Origin: an uncultured Candidatus Rokubacteria bacterium
Lineage (GTDB): Bacteria > Methylomirabilota > Methylomirabilia > Rokubacteriales > DASRDR01
Reading direction: 5' to 3'
Assembly: GCA_963826115.1 (NCBI GenBank)
Contig: CAWGVS010000006.1
Coordinates: 352,001-416,000 of the forward strand
Length of the DNA stretch: 64,000 nucleotides
Shown: piece by piece, positions 1 through 9,388 of the stretch
Position numbering within the stretch: position 1 is the first letter of the stretch
Layout of the letters: every line of letters begins with the position of its first letter
Position numbers and translations under genes: made by a program
The notes under the pieces: generated by a model
The model's database searches: none
Seen by the model: only the letters and a program-made list of their open reading frames with translations
What the model was told of the DNA's origin: nothing

Positions 1-2
1 AC

Positions 3-248
3 AAGCCCGACGCGGCGGAGACCGTCGCGTGCATGGTGGAGGACGTCGACCGGGGCCGCGTGCTCGAGCCCGCCGAGCCGGACGCGGGCGCCGTCCTGGC
101 CCTCTTCCAGCAGCGGCAGACACAGTGGATCTCGTGGGCGGACTGGCAGCGCCTCGACGCCCTCGAGGTCGCGCACGGGCGCGCGACCGGCCGACCGCGC
201 GTGAAGTTCACGCGCGTCGAGGAGATGCTCGCCGCGCTGGGCCGGTAG
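3..248 (+). CDS. NADPH-ferredoxin reductase (FprA/adrenodoxin reductase-like), C-terminal fragment; 5' end lies outside the window
   Basis: Frame is open from position 3: KPDAAETV...WADWQRLDALEVAHGRATGRPRVKF..VEEML, the typical FprA-family C-terminus. Confidence 0.8.
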   Translation, partial: KPDAAETVACMVEDVDRGRVLEPAEPDAGAVLALFQQRQTQWISWADWQRLDALEVAHGRATGRPRVKFTRVEEMLAALGR

Positions 249-262
249 CGCCGCCCGCCGCG

Positions 263-1363
263 CTACGGACGCAGGTGGTAGAAGCGGAAGAAGTCGTTCG
301 CGACCGCGAGGACCTCGACCGCCCGGAAGCCGGCCTCCGTGGCGTAGCGGCGGAGCGTCTCGGTCCGCATCACGGTGCCGGTGGCGGCCGAGGGGCGATC
401 GGCCATGCCCGCCGGCAGGCAGCACAGGACGCTGAAGCCGTACATGAGGCGCTCGACCGCGTCCCCCGGCGCGCCGAACGCGTCGGCCACGCGCTCGTCC
501 ACGACCAGCGTGGAGCCGCCCGGCCCGAGCAGTTGCCGGCAGGCGCGGAGGACCTCGACGGGGCGGGACATGTCGTGGAGCGCCTCGAAGATCGTCACCA
601 GGTCGTAGCGACCCGCGAGCGCGGGGTCGGCGGCGTCGCGGACCGCCATCGTGACGCGGTCCCCGAGCCCCGCGTCGGCGACGTTCCCCTGCGCGAGGGC
701 GATCGACGGGCCGTCGAGGTCGAGCCCGTCCACCCGCACCTTCGGGTAGGCGCGCGCGATGCCGATGGCCGACCAGCCGGCGCCGCACGCGACGTCCGCG
801 ACGCGCGCCGGCGGGTCGGCCGCGAGGCGCGCGTGGAGATCGGGGATGGCCGGCAGCCATTCCTCGCCGAGCAGCGTCAGGAACGCGGGCCGGTTCTGGC
901 TCGCCTGCGCCTCGCGGAGGTCCCGGCCGAACTCGGCCCACGAGACGCCGCCGCCCGTCCGGAACGCCTCGAGGAGCGCCGGCATCGCGCGAACCACGCC
1001 GACCCCGAACTGTGCGAACGGCACCATGGTGGCGAGGCTGTCGGGGTCGACCAGGACGTCCTCGTGACCGGCGGGCAGGGAGTAGCGGCGCGCTTCCGCC
1101 GGCCGGGCGGGATCGTCCACCGCCAGTAGACCGGTCACCGCCTGCTGCTCGAGCCACTCTCGCGCGTAGCGCTCGTGCGTGCCCGTCCGGGCGGCCAGGT
1201 CCGCCGGCGTGGCCGGGCCCAGACGCTGGAGCGCTCGGTAGAGGCCCAGCCGATCGCCCATGTAGACGGAGGCCAGGTCCATGAGTCCCAGGGTCGCGTC
1301 GAAGAGACGGCTCGACAGCGCGTCCCGGCGGGCGGTCCGGTCGGTCGTGTCCGGGGGCGGCAT
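263..1363 (-). CDS. Class I SAM-dependent methyltransferase with N-terminal wHTH (Rv2258c-like)
   Basis: GDRLGLY..L, ERYAREWLEQQA, SAM motif VADVACGAG, IFEALHD, SVLCCLP. ATG at 1363 follows GGAGG (1371-1375 on the minus strand). The track ORF is over-extended to 1723. Confidence 0.88.
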   Translation of the reverse strand: MPPPDTTDRTARRDALSSRLFDATLGLMDLASVYMGDRLGLYRALQRLGPATPADLAARTGTHERYAREWLEQQAVTGLLAVDDPARPAEARRYSLPAGHEDVLVDPDSLATMVPFAQFGVGVVRAMPALLEAFRTGGGVSWAEFGRDLREAQASQNRPAFLTLLGEEWLPAIPDLHARLAADPPARVADVACGAGWSAIGIARAYPKVRVDGLDLDGPSIALAQGNVADAGLGDRVTMAVRDAADPALAGRYDLVTIFEALHDMSRPVEVLRACRQLLGPGGSTLVVDERVADAFGAPGDAVERLMYGFSVLCCLPAGMADRPSAATGTVMRTETLRRYATEAGFRAVEVLAVANDFFRFYHLRP

Positions 1364-1489
1364 GGTGAGGCCTCCGCGATGGTCGTGGGGTGTGGAACGA
1401 TCCGAGTATAGGCGACGGCGCGACGCGGAGGCCAGTCCAAGCGCGGAGCGCGGCCGCCCGCCGTCATGCCACGTAAGTCCGCGTCCTTC

Positions 1490-1519
1490 TTGACAGCTAC
1501 CGGACCGCTTCGCTACACT
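1490..1519 (+). promoter_or_regulatory. Candidate sigma70 promoter for the CoA-transferase/ABC operon
   Basis: TTGACA (1490-1495), 18 nt spacer, TACACT (1514-1519), about 95 nt upstream of ATG 1614. Confidence 0.55.
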
Positions 1520-1613
1520 CCGCCTACCTTTCCGGGATTCCCGGGCGTCCGGGCCCACCCGCCGGGTGACCCTCGCCCGTAGCGCTCGGTCAATGACGCC
1601 CCGAGGCCAGTGA

Positions 1614-2594
1614 ATGCCAGAGGTAGAGCTACTCGCCACCGGCGAGGGTGAGTATCGGCTCCACGACCCGGATGCCATCCGGGCCTGGATGCGTGACCGG
1701 AAGCGGCGCGAGCTCGTCGACAAGACGACGACCGCCGCCGACGCGGTCGGTCGCCTGGTTGCCGACGGCGACTACGTCTCGTTCGACTTCTCCTCGTTCA
1801 CCCGGGGCCCGCACGTCCTCATCCGGGAGATCATCCGCCAGCGGCGCCGGAACCTCTGGTACTGCGCGAAGTTCACTCTCATGGAGTCGACGCTGCTCGT
1901 GGCCGCGGGGGCGTGCGCGAAGATCGACGTCGGGTTCATGGGCCTGGGGGAGACCCTCAGCCGGGCGGTCGAGCGGGGCGACATCGCGGTGTCGGAGTGG
2001 ACCAACGGCACCCTCACGCTTCGCCAGCAGGCGGGAGCGATGGGCGTCCCCTTCCTCCCGACGCGCGCCCTGCTCGGCTCCGACACGCTCCGGTACTCGG
2101 GCGCCAAGGTGATCCGCGATCCGTTCACGGACAAGCCCATCGCGCTCGTGCCGGCGCTGAACCCGGACGTCGGGCTCGTCCACGTCCACCAGGCGGATGT
2201 TTACGGGAACGCGCGGTGCTTCGGCCCGGCGGTGCAGCCGCTCGAGACCGCCATGTCGGCCCGGAAGGTCATCATCTCCGCCGACGAGATCATCGAGCAC
2301 GAGGAGATCCGGAAGGCCCCCGGGCTGACGACGATCCCGTACTACCTCGTCGACGCGGTCGTCCACGCGCCGTTCGGGGCCTATCCCGGCGGCCTCCCCG
2401 GCGCCTACGAGGTGGACTTCGAGCACTTCGCCGAGTACTACAACCTCGAGCGCCTGGGGCGCCTCGACGAGTACCTCGAGAAGTACGTCTACTCGGTGGA
2501 CAGCGACGACGACATGCTGGAGACGCGGGTCGGCCTCCGCCGCCTGAAGGCGCTCCGGCGCCGCGCCACGATCCGGGAAGGGTACGGACCGTGA
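1614..2594 (+). CDS. Family I CoA-transferase subunit A (glutaconate CoA-transferase alpha-like)
   Basis: AGAMGVPFLPTR.LLGSD, VPALNPDV..VHV..AD.YGNA, VDAVVHAPFGAYP. Confidence 0.88.
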   Translation: MPEVELLATGEGEYRLHDPDAIRAWMRDRKRRELVDKTTTAADAVGRLVADGDYVSFDFSSFTRGPHVLIREIIRQRRRNLWYCAKFTLMESTLLVAAGACAKIDVGFMGLGETLSRAVERGDIAVSEWTNGTLTLRQQAGAMGVPFLPTRALLGSDTLRYSGAKVIRDPFTDKPIALVPALNPDVGLVHVHQADVYGNARCFGPAVQPLETAMSARKVIISADEIIEHEEIRKAPGLTTIPYYLVDAVVHAPFGAYPGGLPGAYEVDFEHFAEYYNLERLGRLDEYLEKYVYSVDSDDDMLETRVGLRRLKALRRRATIREGYGP

Positions 2595-3391
2595 CCGCGC
2601 CGCGCGCGTTCACCGAGGCCGAGTTCATGATCGCGCAGTGCGCGCGCCTCCTCGAGGACCAGAAGACCGCGTTCATCGGCTTCGGGATGCCCCAGTTCGC
2701 CGCGGTCCTCGCCCAGCGGACGCACGCCCCCCACCTGGTCCAGGTCTTCGAGTTCGGAGCCATCGGCCCGACGCCGCTCACCCCGTTCGTGCGCAACACG
2801 ATGGGCGGGCCCACGAACTGCTACCGGTCCATCGCCTGGACGAACATGAACACGATCTTCGCCCAGGCGCAGCTCGGGCTCATCGACTACGGGGTCCTCG
2901 GCGCCACCCAGATCGACCTGTACGGCAACATCAACTCGACGATGCTGGGCGACGACTGGCGGCGTCCCCGCAAGCGCTTTGCCGGCGCCGGCGGGGCCAA
3001 CGAGGTCGCGTCCTACTGCTGGCGGACGATCGTCGTCATGATGCACGAGCCGCGACGGTTCGTGCCCCGGGTGGACTTCGTCACGTCGCCCGGCTACCTG
3101 GACGGTACGCCGGACGCGCGGGAGCGTGCCGGGCTCCCGGCCGACACCGGCCCCTGGCGCGTGGTGACCTCGAAGGCCCTGTTCGGCTTCGACGACTCGA
3201 CGCGCGAGCTGACGCTGCTCGGCGTCCTCGAGGGGCTCAGTGTCGACGAGGTGATCGCCGAGATGAGCGTCAAGCCGCGCGTCGCCGCCCACGTGGAGCA
3301 GCTGGCGCCGCCCACCGCCCGCGAGACCGAGATCCTGCGGGACCACATCGATCCCGGGCGCTCCGTCATCGGGCGGACCGCGAGGAGCTGA
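2591..3391 (+). CDS. Family I CoA-transferase subunit B
   Basis: GTG overlaps the upstream stop (GTGA). Motifs HAP.L..VFE.G (catalytic Glu), LGATQIDLYGNINST, GAGGANEVAS, VDFVTSPG. Confidence 0.88.
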   Translation: MTAPRAFTEAEFMIAQCARLLEDQKTAFIGFGMPQFAAVLAQRTHAPHLVQVFEFGAIGPTPLTPFVRNTMGGPTNCYRSIAWTNMNTIFAQAQLGLIDYGVLGATQIDLYGNINSTMLGDDWRRPRKRFAGAGGANEVASYCWRTIVVMMHEPRRFVPRVDFVTSPGYLDGTPDARERAGLPADTGPWRVVTSKALFGFDDSTRELTLLGVLEGLSVDEVIAEMSVKPRVAAHVEQLAPPTARETEILRDHIDPGRSVIGRTARS

Positions 3392-5373
3392 TGACGCCGA
3401 CGAGCGGGGCTGCCACGAGCAACGGAGGGGCTGCACTGGACCCGGCCCTCGACACGTTCCCGAAGCTCCTCGTCAAGAACGTCGAGCGCTTCCCCGGCAA
3501 GGTCGCCATCCGCGAGAAGGACTACGGCATCTGGCAGTCCTACACGTGGCGCCAGTACCTCGAGCAGTCGCGTCTGATCGCCCTGGGCCTGGCCGCCCTC
3601 GGGTTCCAGCGCGGAGACAAGACGGCGATCGTCGGCGACAACCGCCCGCAGCTCTACTGGGCGATGCTCGCCACCCAGGCGCTGGGCGGGGTCCCCGTCC
3701 CGCTCTACCAGGACTCCATCGAGAAAGAGATGGAGTTCATCGTGGACCACGCCGAGGTCCGCTTCGCGATCGTCGAGGACCAGGAGCAGGTCGACAAGCT
3801 CCTCCAGGTCAAGGCGCGCTGCCCCCGGCTCGAGCACATCGTGTACGACGATCCCCGCGGGCTCCGGCACTACGACGACGCGGGCCTCGTGAGCCTGGCG
3901 GCCGTCCAGGAGCTCGGCCGGCGCTTCGACCAGGAGCATCCCGGCTACTACGAGCAGGAGGTGGCGAAGGGCAAGGCGGACGACGTCGCGATCATCTGCT
4001 ACACGTCGGGCACGACCGGGCAGCCGAAGGGGACGATGCTGTCGTACCGGAACCTCATCGTCACCGGCCGGAACGCGGTCGTGTTCGAGGGGCTCCGCGC
4101 CACCGACGAGGTCGTCGCCTACCTCCCCATGGCGTGGATCGGCGACCACATGTTCTCGTTCGCCCAGTCGATCCTCACCGGCTTCACGACGAACTGCCCG
4201 GAGAGCACCGCGACGGTGCTGCACGACCTCCGGGAGATCGGCCCGACGTACTTCTTCGCGCCGCCGGGCATCTACCAGCGGATCCTGACCGCGGCCATGA
4301 TCCGCATCGACGACTCGGCGGGACCCAAGCGACGGATGGTCCGATTCTTCCTGGATCTGGCGCGACGGGTCGAGCGGCGCCGGCTGGCCGGGAAGCCCGT
4401 GCCGCCGTGGGAGCGCCTCCTCCACGCGGTGGGCCGGGTGCTCGTCTACGGCCCGCTCCGGGACAACCTCGGCATGAGCAAGGTCCGTCTCGCGTACACC
4501 GCCGGCGAGGCGATCGGGCCGGAGCTGTTCGAGTTCTATCGGGCCCTCGGCGTGAACATGAAGCAGCTCTACGGGATGACCGAGTCGAGCGCCCTGATCT
4601 GCATCCAGCGGGACGGCGAGGTTCGGCTCGACACCGTCGGCACGCCGCTCACGGACGTCGAGATCCGGGTCGATCCGTCGGGCGAGGTACTCTACCGAAG
4701 CCCCGGGGTCTTCGTCGGCTACTACAAGAATCCAGAAGCGACCCAGCAGACGAAGGAGGACGGCTGGGTACGTTCCGGGGATGCCGGGATCATCGACAAG
4801 GACGGGCATCTCCGCATCATCGACCGGGCCCGCGACGTCGGGCGGCTGGCGGACGGGACGCTCTTCGCTCCGAAGTACCTGGAGAACAAGCTGAAGTTCT
4901 CGCCCTACATCCGCGAGGCGGTGTGCGTCGGGCAGGACCGGCCTTTCGTGGCCGCGCTCCTCAACATCGACGTGACCGCGGTCGGGAGCTGGGCCGAGCG
5001 GTGTGGCCTCGCGTACACGAGCTACACGGACCTCTCCCAGAAGCCCGAGGTCTACGAGCTCGTCCGCGAGGAGGTCGCGCGCATGAACCGGAGTCTCCTC
5101 GAGGAGCCTCAGCTCCGCGGGGCGCAGGTGCGCCGCTTCCTGATGCTCCACAAGGAGCTGGACCCCGACGACCAGGAGATCACCCGGACCCGCAAGGTGC
5201 GCCGAGGGTTCATCGCCCAGAAGTACGCCACGCTGGTGGACGCTCTCTACTCGGACGAGGACCACGTCTCGGTGGAGGCGAAGGTCACCTACGAGGACGG
5301 GCGGATAGGCACGGTGCGGGCGGACGTGCGGATCCGGGAGGCGGAGGTCTTCGCGAGCGGGGCGCCGGCGTGA
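3391..5373 (+). CDS. Long-chain acyl-CoA synthetase (AMP-binding)
   Basis: YTSGTTGQPKG, YGMTE, SGDAG, IIDRARD, TRTRKVRR. ATG overlaps the stop of subunit B. Confidence 0.92.
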   Translation: MTPTSGAATSNGGAALDPALDTFPKLLVKNVERFPGKVAIREKDYGIWQSYTWRQYLEQSRLIALGLAALGFQRGDKTAIVGDNRPQLYWAMLATQALGGVPVPLYQDSIEKEMEFIVDHAEVRFAIVEDQEQVDKLLQVKARCPRLEHIVYDDPRGLRHYDDAGLVSLAAVQELGRRFDQEHPGYYEQEVAKGKADDVAIICYTSGTTGQPKGTMLSYRNLIVTGRNAVVFEGLRATDEVVAYLPMAWIGDHMFSFAQSILTGFTTNCPESTATVLHDLREIGPTYFFAPPGIYQRILTAAMIRIDDSAGPKRRMVRFFLDLARRVERRRLAGKPVPPWERLLHAVGRVLVYGPLRDNLGMSKVRLAYTAGEAIGPELFEFYRALGVNMKQLYGMTESSALICIQRDGEVRLDTVGTPLTDVEIRVDPSGEVLYRSPGVFVGYYKNPEATQQTKEDGWVRSGDAGIIDKDGHLRIIDRARDVGRLADGTLFAPKYLENKLKFSPYIREAVCVGQDRPFVAALLNIDVTAVGSWAERCGLAYTSYTDLSQKPEVYELVREEVARMNRSLLEEPQLRGAQVRRFLMLHKELDPDDQEITRTRKVRRGFIAQKYATLVDALYSDEDHVSVEAKVTYEDGRIGTVRADVRIREAEVFASGAPA

Positions 5374-5425
5374 GCCCACAGGCCGAGGGCCGTCCGATTA
5401 CCTCCCGCGCAGCGAGGCTGGCCGA

Positions 5426-6280
5426 GTGAGCGCGGAGCCGGGCGCGGGCACCTTGCGAGCACCGCGTCGCGTGGCGGACCCCGCCGCCCAAGCGGATGGG
5501 ACATCCGGCGAGAAGCCGCTCCTCGAGGTGGAGAGCATCAGCGTCCGCTTCGGCGCGGTGCACGCGCTCAATCAGGTGAGCCTCGACGTCCGACGGGGCG
5601 AGATCCTGGCCATCATCGGGCCGAACGGCGCGGGCAAGACCACGCTCCTCAACGTCATCAGCGGGTTCTATCAGCCCTACGAGGGCCGCATCCTCTTTGA
5701 GGGCCGGGACCGCACCCACCTTCGCGCCCCTGACGTCGCCGCCCTCGGGCTCGCCCGGACGTTCCAGAACGTGGCCCTCTTCCGGGGCATGACGGTGCTG
5801 GACAACATCATGACCGGGCGGCTCCTCAAGATGCGCGGGAGCTTCCTGTGGGAGGCGCTCTACTGGGGTCCCGCCCGTCGGCAGGAGATCGAGCACCGCG
5901 CCTTCGTCGAGCGGATCATCGACTTCCTCGAGATCCAGGCAATCCGGAAGATGCCGGCAGGGCGGCTCCCGTACGGCCTGCAGAAGCGCGTGGAGCTGGC
6001 CCGTGCGCTGGCGGCGGAGCCGACCCTCCTCCTGCTGGACGAGCCGATGGCGGGCATGAACGTCGAGGAGAAGGAGGACATGTGCCGCTTCATCCTCGAC
6101 GTCAACGACGAATTCGGCACCACGATCGCGCTCATCGAGCACGACATGAGCGTCGTCATGGACATCTCCGATCGGGTGGCGGTGCTCGACTACGGGCGCA
6201 AGATCGCCGACGGCGCGCCGGCCGAGGTCCGGGCCGATCCGGCCGTGATCCACGCGTACCTCGGGGTCCCCCACGAGTGA
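5426..6280 (+). CDS. Branched-chain amino acid-type ABC transporter ATP-binding protein (LivG-like)
   Basis: GPNGAGKTT, ARTFQN, LPYGLQKRVE, LLLDEP, IEHDM. Start is uncertain. Confidence 0.9.
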   Translation: MSAEPGAGTLRAPRRVADPAAQADGTSGEKPLLEVESISVRFGAVHALNQVSLDVRRGEILAIIGPNGAGKTTLLNVISGFYQPYEGRILFEGRDRTHLRAPDVAALGLARTFQNVALFRGMTVLDNIMTGRLLKMRGSFLWEALYWGPARRQEIEHRAFVERIIDFLEIQAIRKMPAGRLPYGLQKRVELARALAAEPTLLLLDEPMAGMNVEEKEDMCRFILDVNDEFGTTIALIEHDMSVVMDISDRVAVLDYGRKIADGAPAEVRADPAVIHAYLGVPHE

Positions 6281-6367
6281 TCCCCGGCCGGCGGAGCATC
6301 GCCCCGTGATCCTGCGCGCGCTCATCGGCGGTGTGCGCGCTCCCGCGTCGCGACGGAGGGGTAGCCC

Positions 6368-7306
6368 GTGATGGAGGTTCTCCGCGCGGTTCTGGTGGCG
6401 CCGTTCGCGGACATGGCGGCCAATCCGGCGTTCCTGGTCGAGGTGCTCATCGGCGGGGTGGCATCCGGGCTCATGTACTCGCTGGTGGCGCTCGGGTTCG
6501 TCCTGATCTTCAAGGCCTCCGGCGTGTTCAACTTCGCGCAGGGCGCGCTGGTGCTGTTCTCGGCCCTGACGCTGGTCGGGCTCATGGAGCGCGGGGCGCC
6601 GGTGTGGCTGGCGATCGGGCTGACCATGCTCGTCATGGTGGTCCTCGCCTTCGCCATCGAGCGCGTGGTGCTGCGCCCGCTGGTCAACCAGGAGGCCATC
6701 ATCCTATTCATGGCGACGATCGGGCTGAATTTCTTCCTCGAGGGCTTCGGGGAGATGGCCTGGGGCGCCAACGTCAAGAGGCTCGACATCGGCATCCCCG
6801 ACACTTCGTTCGTCGTCCGGGGCGTCCTCGTAAACCGGCTCGAGCTCACTGCGGCGATCACGGCCGCCGTGCTGGTGGCGATCCTGGCGATCTTCTTTCA
6901 GCGGACGCGGATCGGCCGGGCGCTCCGGGCCGTGGCCGACGACCACGCGGCGGCGATGTCGATCGGCATCCCGCTCAAGACGATCTGGGTGATCGTGTGG
7001 TCGGTTTCGGGCCTGGTGGCCCTGGTGGCCGGCGTCATGTGGGGAGCCAAGAGCGGCGTCCAGTTCTCCCTGTCGCTCATCGCGCTCAAGGCGCTGCCGG
7101 TCTTGATCCTCGGCGGGTTCACCTCGGTGCCGGGCGCGATCGTGGGCGGCCTGATCATCGGCGTGGGCGAGAAGATGGGCGAGGTGTACTGGGGGCCGCT
7201 GGTCGGCGGCGCGATCGAGAACTGGTTCGCCTACGTCGTGGCGATGGCGTTCCTCGTGTTCCGGCCGCAGGGCCTCTTCGGCGAGAAGATCATCGAGCGG
7301 GTATAG
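6368..7306 (+). CDS. ABC transporter permease (LivH-like)
   Basis: YSLVALGFVLIFKASGVFNFAQG, GRALRAVADD, RPQGLFG; multiple TM segments. Confidence 0.92.
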   Translation: MMEVLRAVLVAPFADMAANPAFLVEVLIGGVASGLMYSLVALGFVLIFKASGVFNFAQGALVLFSALTLVGLMERGAPVWLAIGLTMLVMVVLAFAIERVVLRPLVNQEAIILFMATIGLNFFLEGFGEMAWGANVKRLDIGIPDTSFVVRGVLVNRLELTAAITAAVLVAILAIFFQRTRIGRALRAVADDHAAAMSIGIPLKTIWVIVWSVSGLVALVAGVMWGAKSGVQFSLSLIALKALPVLILGGFTSVPGAIVGGLIIGVGEKMGEVYWGPLVGGAIENWFAYVVAMAFLVFRPQGLFGEKIIERV

Positions 7307-7309
7307 CGC

Positions 7310-8386
7310 GTGATCTACCGCGAGGCCGGGCAGTTCAAGACGACCTATGCCAGCGACCAAGCGATCTTTCCCATCGTCCAAGACCGATGGGTTGCGGGCC
7401 TCTTGGTGCTGGCGGCGGCCCTGGTACCCCCGCTGGTCGCCGACGACTACTGGCTCCAGGCAATCCTCATCCCGTTCCTAGTGTATGCCCTGGCCGCCAT
7501 CGGCCTGAATCTGCTCACGGGCTATGCGGGGCAGCTGTCGCTCGGCACCGGCGGGTTCATGGCCGTCGGCGCCTACTCGGCGTTCAAGCTCACAACGGCG
7601 TTCCCCCGCGTCAGCATCCTGCTGATCTTCGTCGCGTCGGGGGTGATCGCGGCGCTGGTGGGGCTGCTCTTCGGTCTGCCGAGCCTCCGGATCAAGGGCT
7701 TCTACCTCGCGGTCGCCACGCTGGCCGCGCAGTTCTTCCTGCTCTGGCTCTTCAACAAGGTCCCGTGGTTCGTCAACTACGCGTCGTCGGGGACGATCAC
7801 CGCGCCGAATCGCGCCGTGCTCGGGGTGCTGGTGACGGGGCCTAACTCGGGGGCCCCCGCCCGCTACCTGATGGCGCTCGGCTTCGTCGCGGTGCTGGCA
7901 CTCGCCGCCAAGAACCTCGTCCGGGGCCGGATTGGCCGCTCGTGGATGGCCATCCGCGACCGCGACATCGCGGCAGAGATCATCGGCGTGCGACCGCTCC
8001 GGACGAAGATGCTCGCCTTCGGGATCAGCTCCTTCTACTGCGGAGTGGCGGGAGCCGAGCTGGTGTTCCTGTTTCTGGGCAGCGCCGAGACGCTGGCCTT
8101 CGACATCAACCAGTCCTTCCTGGTCCTTTTCATGATCATCATCGGGGGGCTGGGCTCGATCCTGGGATCGTTCCTCGGTGCCGCGTTCATCATCCTCATT
8201 CCCATCCTGCTCACGAACGTCCCGCACTGGCTGGGTCTCGGCATGTCGACGGCGCTGCAGAAAGAGACCGAGCTGATGGTGTTCGGCGGGCTGATCATCC
8301 TCTTCCTGATCGTCGAGCCACACGGGCTGGCGCGGCTCTGGCAGATCGGGAAGGAGAAGCTCCGCATGTGGCCCTTCCCGCACTGA
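7310..8386 (+). CDS. ABC transporter permease (LivM-like)
   Basis: GLNLLTGYAGQLSLG, LRIKGFYLAVATLA, WMAIRD, MIIIGGLGS. Confidence 0.92.
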   Translation: MIYREAGQFKTTYASDQAIFPIVQDRWVAGLLVLAAALVPPLVADDYWLQAILIPFLVYALAAIGLNLLTGYAGQLSLGTGGFMAVGAYSAFKLTTAFPRVSILLIFVASGVIAALVGLLFGLPSLRIKGFYLAVATLAAQFFLLWLFNKVPWFVNYASSGTITAPNRAVLGVLVTGPNSGAPARYLMALGFVAVLALAAKNLVRGRIGRSWMAIRDRDIAAEIIGVRPLRTKMLAFGISSFYCGVAGAELVFLFLGSAETLAFDINQSFLVLFMIIIGGLGSILGSFLGAAFIILIPILLTNVPHWLGLGMSTALQKETELMVFGGLIILFLIVEPHGLARLWQIGKEKLRMWPFPH

Positions 8387-8493
8387 GGATGCGCCGCGCG
8401 TGCTAGGGTACGAGAGATGCGACCCGTGACGTTTCGGCGTCTGGGAGCCAGGGGCGGCCGGCCCGGGAGCAGTAGCCTGGCGCGGAGCGAGGG

Positions 8494-9309
8494 GTGAGCG
8501 ACAACGGTCGGGCGCTGCTGACCGTCAACAACATCGAGGTCATCTACGACCACGTCATCCTCGTGCTCAAGGGCGTGTCCCTTCACGTCCCGGAGGGCGG
8601 GATCGTGGCGCTGCTCGGAGCCAACGGCGCGGGCAAGAGCACGACGCTGAAGGCGATCTCCGGACTGCTCCGCACCGAGCGGGGCGAGGTGACCAAGGGC
8701 GTGGTCGAGCTCCAAGGGCGGCCGCTTCACCGCCGGAACGCCTCGGACATCGTCAGGTCGGGCGTCGTCCAAGTCATGGAAGGTCGGCACGTCTTCGAGC
8801 ATCTCACCGTGGAGGAGAACCTCCTGACCGGGGCCTATACCCGCCGGAACGCCCGCGAGGTCGCCGACGACCTTGCCCGCGTCTACAAGTACTTTCCGCG
8901 CCTCACCGAGCGGCGGACGGTGCGGGCGGGCTACGTGTCGGGCGGGGAGCAGCAGATGCTCGCGATCGGCCGGGCGCTCATGGCGCGGCCCCGGCTCATG
9001 CTCCTCGACGAGCCGTCCATGGGCCTCGCCCCGATGCTGGTGCAGGAGATCTTCGGCATCGTCAGCCGCCTGAATCGCGAGGAGAAGGTGGCCGTGCTGC
9101 TGGCCGAGCAGAACGCCGCCATGGCGCTCAACTTCGCCCAGTACGCCTACGTGATGGAGAGCGGCCGGATCGTCCTGGACGGCGACGCCCAGACCATCAG
9201 CCAGAACGAGGACGTGAAGGAGTTCTACCTGGGGCTCTCCGGCGTGGGCAACCGGAAGAGCTACCGCGACGTCAAGCACTACCGACGGCGAAAGCGCTGG
9301 CTCTCGTGA
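8494..9309 (+). CDS. ABC transporter ATP-binding protein (LivF-like)
   Basis: GANGAGKST, SGGEQQM, LLDEPSMGLAP, EQNA; C-terminal KHYRRRKRWLS. Confidence 0.92.
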   Translation: MSDNGRALLTVNNIEVIYDHVILVLKGVSLHVPEGGIVALLGANGAGKSTTLKAISGLLRTERGEVTKGVVELQGRPLHRRNASDIVRSGVVQVMEGRHVFEHLTVEENLLTGAYTRRNAREVADDLARVYKYFPRLTERRTVRAGYVSGGEQQMLAIGRALMARPRLMLLDEPSMGLAPMLVQEIFGIVSRLNREEKVAVLLAEQNAAMALNFAQYAYVMESGRIVLDGDAQTISQNEDVKEFYLGLSGVGNRKSYRDVKHYRRRKRWLS

Positions 9310-9388
9310 CCGAGGACCGGACCATCTCCGCGACCCCGGACTCTCGACCTCCGGGCACACCATCACCCGCAACAAGGAGGCAGTGACC

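Noticed and set aside
29-1129. 366-aa + strand ORF
   Set aside because: Antisense shadow of the methyltransferase; Arg/Gly/Pro-rich with no motifs.
3094-5379. 761-aa minus-strand ORF, and similar long antisense ORFs at 13392-15023, 24805-27102, 30381-32222 and 42793-44826
   Set aside because: Stop-poor mirror frames of real high-GC genes; no recognisable domains.
8406-8420. GG-N10-GC sigma54-like motif before livF (also one at 13312-13325)
   Set aside because: Weak match that is expected by chance in high-GC DNA, with no linked activator.
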